A stretch of DNA of 34,176 nt from Candidatus Hydrogenedentota bacterium (GTDB taxonomy: Bacteria > Hydrogenedentota > Hydrogenedentia > Hydrogenedentales > GCA-2746185). Position numbers and translations under genes: made by a program. Within the stretch, counting starts at the first letter, position 1, and the number at the start of each line of letters is the position of its first letter. Shown piece by piece: positions 28,949-34,176 of the stretch. Location of the stretch: contig JAYGCN010000257.1 in assembly GCA_046583315.1 (NCBI GenBank), positions 1 to 34,176 on the forward strand. Reading direction: 5' to 3'. The notes beneath the pieces were generated by a model, which saw only the letters and a list, made by a program, of their open reading frames with translations, had not been told where the DNA came from and made no database searches.

Positions 28949-29624
28949 TGTGCTCGAATGTAAAAATGTCGTCAAAACCTTCCACGACGGTGATCGCGAT
29001 CTCGAAATCCTGCGCGGCATCGATCTTGCCGTACCGAAAGGCGAAATCCTCGCCATCAGCGGCTCCTCCGGCGCTGGCAAAAGCACGTTACTTCACATTA
29101 TGGGCACGCTCGATGACCCTACCTCCGGCGATCTCGTCTACAACGGCAAGCCCATCTCGAGCATGAGCAAGGGCCAGGTCAACAAACTGCGCAACGAAGA
29201 AATCGGCTTCGTCTTTCAGTTCTACCACCTGCTGCCCGAATTTACCGCGCTCGAAAACGTCATGATGCCCGCACTTAACCAAGGCGTAAAAATGGCCGCG
29301 TGTCGTGAAAAAGCCGAGGCCGGACTCGAAAAAGTCGGCTTGGTGGATCGCATGACGCACAAGCCCGGAAAACTCAGCGGCGGCGAACAACAACGCGTCG
29401 CGATTGCCCGGGCCCTGTTCAACGAGCCCAGCGTCGTGCTCGCCGATGAACCGACCGGCAACCTCGACGAAGCGACCGGCGAAGGCGTCATCGATCTGCT
29501 CTGGAAACTCAACGAGAGCGACAACATCACCCTCGTCATCGTCACCCACGACCTCGATCTGGCGCGTAAAGCCAACCGCTGGGTCCACCTCCACGAAGGC
29601 CACGCCGAACAGCGCACCGATTAA
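28941..29624 (+). CDS. lolD: Lipoprotein-releasing ABC transporter ATP-binding protein
   Basis: [51 protein letters not shown]; likely start is ATG 28941, overlapping the upstream stop (ATGAGTAA). Confidence 0.93.
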   Translation: MSNVLECKNVVKTFHDGDRDLEILRGIDLAVPKGEILAISGSSGAGKSTLLHIMGTLDDPTSGDLVYNGKPISSMSKGQVNKLRNEEIGFVFQFYHLLPEFTALENVMMPALNQGVKMAACREKAEAGLEKVGLVDRMTHKPGKLSGGEQQRVAIARALFNEPSVVLADEPTGNLDEATGEGVIDLLWKLNESDNITLVIVTHDLDLARKANRWVHLHEGHAEQRTD

Positions 29625-29690
29625 CTTACCTTTTTTTTAGGAAAAAGAAAGGTAAGACCAAAGAAAACCGCCAGATACTTCGTATCTTCT
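29625..29690. repeat. Palindromic AT-rich repeat element, single-arm copy
   Basis: CTTACCTTTTTTTT/AAAAAGAAAGGTAAG hairpin, then CCAAAGAAAACCG, then AGATAC-TTC-GTATCT; same order and similar sequence as 25974-26035. Confidence 0.75.
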
Positions 29691-29776
29691 GTTTGGGTCA
29701 GTATTCTGGAAAAGTCACGTCGTTTCGTGTCAGAATAGGCGGATCACCTTTGAACCCTGCGAGGATTAGTCGCATT

Positions 29777-30961
29777 ATGAAGTATTTTGTATCGTTCGTT
29801 TTAATTATCGCGCTCAGCACCGTTTCTGCGCAGGCGGAAACCACGTCAGAGCTTATTTTCCCGTTGCAGGGACAGCATGTGCATGCCAGCTCCGTTGAAG
29901 AATTGCCTAATGGGGACCTGATTTCGGTCTGGTTTCAGGGTTCGGGCGAACGCAGCGCGAATGATGTGCGGGTGATGGGTGCTCGACTGAAAAAGGGTGC
30001 CTCGACGTGGTCAACACCGTTTTTGATGGCCGACACTCCGGACATTCCGGACTGCAATCCGGTCCTCTACATGGATGCGCAGGACAGGCTCTGGTTGATT
30101 TGGATCGTGGTACAGTCGAATCGCTGGGAGCATTCAATTCTCAAATACAAACGTGCGGATGACCTAGGTGAGTCGGGTCCGCCGAACTGGAACTGGCAGG
30201 ACATCATTTTGTTGAAGCCGAGCGAGGAGTTGGGGCAGCAGTTACGCGCAGGCGTTCGCGCGACGGAGTATGACGAGGGCATGTGGGCGGAGTATGCCCC
30301 ACAGTATTCGAAAATGCTCGAAGAGGCCGCGAAAGATCCGCATAAACGCGACTCGGGCTGGATGACGCGCACCCGACCCATCACCTTGGTGTCGGGTCGT
30401 ATCCTCATTGGCCTCTACTCCGATGGTTTCAACACGTCGCTCGTTGCCATCTCCGATGATCAGGGCGAAACCTGGAAGGCGAGCGCGCCGATGGTTGGCC
30501 TGGCCCCGATTCAACCGACGCTCGCCCAACGAAAAAACGGTGACATCCTGGCGTATTGTCGCGACAGTGGACCGAGTCCGGGACGCATCATGTTAGGTAT
30601 CTCCAAAGACGACGGCGAAACGTGGTCGGTTGCCAAGGATACGGACATTCCCAACCCTGGCAGTAGCGTCGCGGTTACTGTTCTGAAGGATGGCCGCTGG
30701 GTGATGGTCTTCAACGATACCGAACGCGGGCGCCACCAACTCGCGATCACGCTGTCCGAAGATGAAGGCCGTACATGGCCATGGAAACAGTATCTGGACC
30801 GCGCCGAACACAATGATATCGGCTCGTATTCGTATCCGACCGTCATGCAGGGAAAAGACGGTCGCATCCACGTCACCTATTCGCACGTCACCAAAAAAGG
30901 TCCCGGACCCACCGGGGCCGCCATCAAACACGTCACACTCGAAGCCGATTCAATCAAGTAA
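29777..30961 (+). CDS. Secreted BNR/Asp-box sialidase-family protein
   Basis: Start moved to ATG 29777 (signal peptide). HASSVEELPNGDL, Asp-boxes SDDQGETW, SKDDGETW, SEDEGRTW; YSYP...GRIHVTYS. Confidence 0.85.
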   Translation: MKYFVSFVLIIALSTVSAQAETTSELIFPLQGQHVHASSVEELPNGDLISVWFQGSGERSANDVRVMGARLKKGASTWSTPFLMADTPDIPDCNPVLYMDAQDRLWLIWIVVQSNRWEHSILKYKRADDLGESGPPNWNWQDIILLKPSEELGQQLRAGVRATEYDEGMWAEYAPQYSKMLEEAAKDPHKRDSGWMTRTRPITLVSGRILIGLYSDGFNTSLVAISDDQGETWKASAPMVGLAPIQPTLAQRKNGDILAYCRDSGPSPGRIMLGISKDDGETWSVAKDTDIPNPGSSVAVTVLKDGRWVMVFNDTERGRHQLAITLSEDEGRTWPWKQYLDRAEHNDIGSYSYPTVMQGKDGRIHVTYSHVTKKGPGPTGAAIKHVTLEADSIK

Positions 30962-30976
30962 CCAGGAGTACCCGTT

Positions 30977-32311
30977 ATGCGAATCATAGTTACCGCCGTC
31001 GCCCTGATGATTTCCACAGTCACGTGGGCCCAATCGACTAACAAGGAATTACTCGTCGCGCATTCCGACGAATTTCGACAGGAGGTCATCGAAGTAACGG
31101 ATGGCGTGCATGTTGCTATCGGATTCGGACTCGCCAATTCCATCCTCATTGAAGGGGACAACGGTGTCATCATCGTCGACACGATGGAAAGTAGCAACGC
31201 AGCAAAGGCCGTACGCGCCGAGTTCGACAAAATCACAACGAAACCCGTGGTCGCGATTATCTACACGCACAATCACTATGACCACGTATACGGAGCCAAA
31301 GAATATCTGACGGAAGGCACCACGCCGAAGGTATATGCGCACGATTCTCTCGACAATCTCGTGAAAACACGGCAGGACATTATCGGCCCGGCGATTTTCC
31401 CGCGCAGCTTTCGTCAGTTTGGTATTCCCTTACCACCCTTCGCACGACCCAATGCGGGCATCGGTTTGAAGCTGGTCGTCGGCGGTGAGGGCATCGGGAA
31501 TTACCTCGAACCGACGGATGTGTTTGAAGACGCGATGGAATTCGAAGCGGCAGGCGTTAAGATTAAACTCGTGCATGCACCCGGTGAAACGGACGACCAA
31601 TTGTATGTCTGGCTTCCCGAGAAAAAAGTGCTGCTACCGGGTGATAATTTCTATAAGGCCTTTCCGAATTTGTATGCGGTACGCGGTACCCCTTATCGCG
31701 ATGTGCGCGGGTGGGCGGAGAGCCTGGGCAAGATGATCGCGGAAGGCTCCGAGTTTATCGTGCCCAGCCATACGCGACCAGTCGTAGGGGAGGAACTCAT
31801 CGCTGAAACGCTGGGTTATTATCGCGATGCGATCCAGTATGTCTACGATGAGACCATTGCGGGCATGAACGCGGGTAAAACCGAAGACGAACTGGCGAAC
31901 AGCATCCAGCTACCCGAAAAACTCGCGCAACAACCTTATCTTCACGAATATTACGGCACGGTCCCTTGGTCGGTGCGTTCGATTGTCGTGGGACACCTCG
32001 GCTGGTTCGATGGAAACGCGACGAACCTCTTTCGCTTGGCTCCTGCTGAAGAAGCGAAACGCATGGTTGAGCTTGCGGGCGGTGAAGAGGCGCTTCTTGC
32101 CAAAGCGAAGGTAGCAGCGGCATCGGGCGATCATCAATGGGCCGCCCAACTGCTTGATCACTTGCTCGCGCTGGATCCAGAAAATAAAGACCTTCGCAAA
32201 CTCAAGGGTGAAGCCCTCGTCGCCTTGGCCGACACTCAAATCAGCGCGAACGGCCGCAATTACTACATGACCTCCGGCATGCAACACGGCGCGAAACCAA
32301 CAAAACCTTAA
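30977..32311 (+). CDS. Secreted alkyl/aryl sulfatase, metallo-beta-lactamase fold with dimerisation domain
   Basis: Signal peptide; GFGLANS, THNHYDH, APGETDDQ, FPNLYAVRGTPYR, PSH, YYGTV, LGWFDGN; AGGAG RBS. Confidence 0.88.
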   Translation: MRIIVTAVALMISTVTWAQSTNKELLVAHSDEFRQEVIEVTDGVHVAIGFGLANSILIEGDNGVIIVDTMESSNAAKAVRAEFDKITTKPVVAIIYTHNHYDHVYGAKEYLTEGTTPKVYAHDSLDNLVKTRQDIIGPAIFPRSFRQFGIPLPPFARPNAGIGLKLVVGGEGIGNYLEPTDVFEDAMEFEAAGVKIKLVHAPGETDDQLYVWLPEKKVLLPGDNFYKAFPNLYAVRGTPYRDVRGWAESLGKMIAEGSEFIVPSHTRPVVGEELIAETLGYYRDAIQYVYDETIAGMNAGKTEDELANSIQLPEKLAQQPYLHEYYGTVPWSVRSIVVGHLGWFDGNATNLFRLAPAEEAKRMVELAGGEEALLAKAKVAAASGDHQWAAQLLDHLLALDPENKDLRKLKGEALVALADTQISANGRNYYMTSGMQHGAKPTKP

Positions 32312-32327
32312 AGGGGAGAGTACGACG

Positions 32328-33572
32328 ATGAACATGGAAGATTGTCTGGACCGATACGCGGAGTTAATCACGGTACACGGTCTCAACGTGCAGCGCGGTC
32401 AGCTTGTGAACATTGTCGCCGAGGCAGTCCACCGCGATTTCGTTGTGCGCATCGTCAAGCAGTGTTACCTGCACGGTGCTCGGCACGTCAATGTTGATCT
32501 GACCGATCCGCGATTCAGTGAGCTGCGCATCGAACACGCCAGCGAAGACTCTCTCGACTATGTATCCAAGAACGTGACCGTGCAGTACGATGAGTTAGTC
32601 GATCAACAAGCGGCGAATCTGCGTCTGACAGGTCTGGAGTATCCGGACCTCTTTGAAAATACAGACTCCGACAAACTCAATAAAGTGCAGCGGGCGCGCA
32701 TGCTTGCCGTGAAACGTTTTCGCGATGAAGGACTCATGAAATCCCTCGTGCACTGGTGTGTCGCTGCGGCCGCCACGCCCAAATGGGGTGCGAAAATTTT
32801 CCCGGATCTATCCGAAGAGAAGGCAAACGATCAGCTGTGGGAAGCGATCCTCAAAATCTGTCGCGCGGACAAGAAAAACTGTCTCGAACGATGGAAAGCC
32901 CATAACGATGCCCTTCAGAAACGCGCGCGAATCCTCACCGACATGAAAGTAAAGGCGCTGCACTTCACCGGGCCCGGAACCGATCTCACGGTCGGCCTCT
33001 CGGACAAAGCGGTATTCCTCGGCGGACAGAGCATGAGCAGTCGCGATGTACCCTTCGAGCCGAACCTGCCGACCGAAGAAGTGTTTACCACGCCCGACTA
33101 TCGGGTCACCAACGGTATCGCAAAAGTAACGCGCCCTTTCATGATTTACGGCAAGATGGTGCGCGACTTGACCATTGAATTCACCGACGGCGTCATCTCG
33201 AATTTCGAGGCCTCCGAAGGTGAGGACATCTTTAGGGCCTACACAGAATCCGATGAAGGGGCAAATCGTCTCGGCGAGGTTGCGCTGGTCGGTATCGATT
33301 CCCCCATCTTCGAGTGCGGACTCGTCTTTAACGAGATCCTCTTCGACGAAAACGCCGCGTGCCACATCGCCGTGGGCAAAGCCTATCGCTTCTGTCTGGA
33401 CGGCGGAGAAGACATGAGCGACGATGATGCCGCGGCAATCGGCTGCAACGACAGCGTCGTACACACCGACATGATGATCTCCGACGAGAATGTCAGCGTT
33501 AGCGCGGAATCCTACAACGGGAAAACGATCTCGCTCATTGAAAACGGTGAATGGACATCAGATTTCCGCTAG
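32328..33572 (+). CDS. M29 family aminopeptidase (AmpS/AmpT type)
   Basis: GLNVQRGQ, HFTGPGTDLTVGL, PNLPTEEVFTTPD, LGEVALV, LFDENAACHIAVG, NDSVVHTDMMI. Confidence 0.93.
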   Translation: MNMEDCLDRYAELITVHGLNVQRGQLVNIVAEAVHRDFVVRIVKQCYLHGARHVNVDLTDPRFSELRIEHASEDSLDYVSKNVTVQYDELVDQQAANLRLTGLEYPDLFENTDSDKLNKVQRARMLAVKRFRDEGLMKSLVHWCVAAAATPKWGAKIFPDLSEEKANDQLWEAILKICRADKKNCLERWKAHNDALQKRARILTDMKVKALHFTGPGTDLTVGLSDKAVFLGGQSMSSRDVPFEPNLPTEEVFTTPDYRVTNGIAKVTRPFMIYGKMVRDLTIEFTDGVISNFEASEGEDIFRAYTESDEGANRLGEVALVGIDSPIFECGLVFNEILFDENAACHIAVGKAYRFCLDGGEDMSDDDAAAIGCNDSVVHTDMMISDENVSVSAESYNGKTISLIENGEWTSDFR

Positions 33573-33581
33573 GAGAATAGC

Positions 33582-34176
33582 ATGGTGCGTAACTTCTCAA
33601 TCATTCTGACATTGCTACTCCTTTCGATACCGGGATTGAGCGTTGCCGCCGACAAACCCATGAACGTGCTCTTCATCGCCATCGACGATTTACGCGATGA
33701 ACTCGGCTGTTACGGTCACGATCACGTCGACTCGCCAAATCTGGATCGCCTCGCATCGCAAGGCATGCTTTTCACCAACCATTTCGTGCATGTGCCCACC
33801 TGCGGCGCGTCACGATACTCCCTGCTTACCGGGCGCCATCCATCGGCCAGCGGCGTCAAGGCCGGCAACAACCACTTCTACGACGGGTCAGCGGCACTAA
33901 GTCAGACGCAGACATCCGGCGCACAATCCATGCCCGAACTTTTTCGCCGCAACGGCTACCACACCGTGAACATCGGCAAAATCTCGCACACCGCCGACGG
34001 CAAAGTCTACTCTTATGACGGCGAAGGTGATGGCCGCGATGAAATGCCGCATGCGTGGGACGAAAAAGCAACACCCTATGGGGCATGGAAACGCGGTTGG
34101 GGCGTGTTCTTTGCCTACGCGAACGGCGTGCACCGCGAAGACGGTAGCGGCAGTCAGGACCTGATGCAGTTCACGG
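33582..34176 (+). CDS. Secreted sulfatase (iduronate-2-sulfatase-like), N-terminal part; runs off the window
   Basis: Not in the ORF track (no stop). AGGAG RBS; MVRNFSIILTLLLLSIPGLSVAADKPMNVLFIAIDDLRDELGCYG...SPNLDRLA...CGASRYSLLTG...GKISH. Confidence 0.9.
   Translation, partial: MVRNFSIILTLLLLSIPGLSVAADKPMNVLFIAIDDLRDELGCYGHDHVDSPNLDRLASQGMLFTNHFVHVPTCGASRYSLLTGRHPSASGVKAGNNHFYDGSAALSQTQTSGAQSMPELFRRNGYHTVNIGKISHTADGKVYSYDGEGDGRDEMPHAWDEKATPYGAWKRGWGVFFAYANGVHREDGSGSQDLMQFT

Noticed and set aside
25974..29690. AT-rich hairpins as simple terminators or CRISPR repeats
   Set aside because: No GC-rich stem followed by a U tract in the sense direction, no regular repeat-spacer array and no cas genes; treated as a dispersed repeat instead.
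277..33572. Full reassignment of TGA to a sense codon (genetic code 4 or 25)
   Set aside because: All conserved genes are complete under the standard code with no in-frame TGA, and RF2 with intact SPF/GGQ is present.

Overview
Bacterial chromosomal window (roughly 55% GC by eye) with 30 credible CDS (25 on +, 5 on -; first and last are partial). I found no rRNA, tRNA, CRISPR array, prophage or transposase. The core block is rpsB-tsf-pyrH-frr-uppS-cdsA-prfB-lysS-lolC/E-lolD, plus a DEAD-box helicase-typA-purU block and a Zn-ribbon-lemA-htpX module. These are flanked by secreted carbohydrate/sulfate-scavenging genes: two Asp-box sialidase-like proteins, a ThuA-like protein, an uncharacterised propeller/toroid protein, a CehA/McbA-like hydrolase, two formylglycine sulfatases, an alkyl sulfatase, and uxaA/uxaB. 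The gene repertoire suggests a PVC-like or Hydrogenedentota-like diderm (inference only). Most notable: (1) near-total avoidance of TGA stops (18 TAA, 10 TAG, 1 TGA of 29) together with a prfB that lacks its autoregulatory frameshift; (2) a ~180-nt structured leader with an anti-RBS alternative pairing upstream of the DEAD-box helicase; (3) two families of palindromic repeats that sit exactly against stop codons. All calls come from reading motifs by eye; no database search was run.
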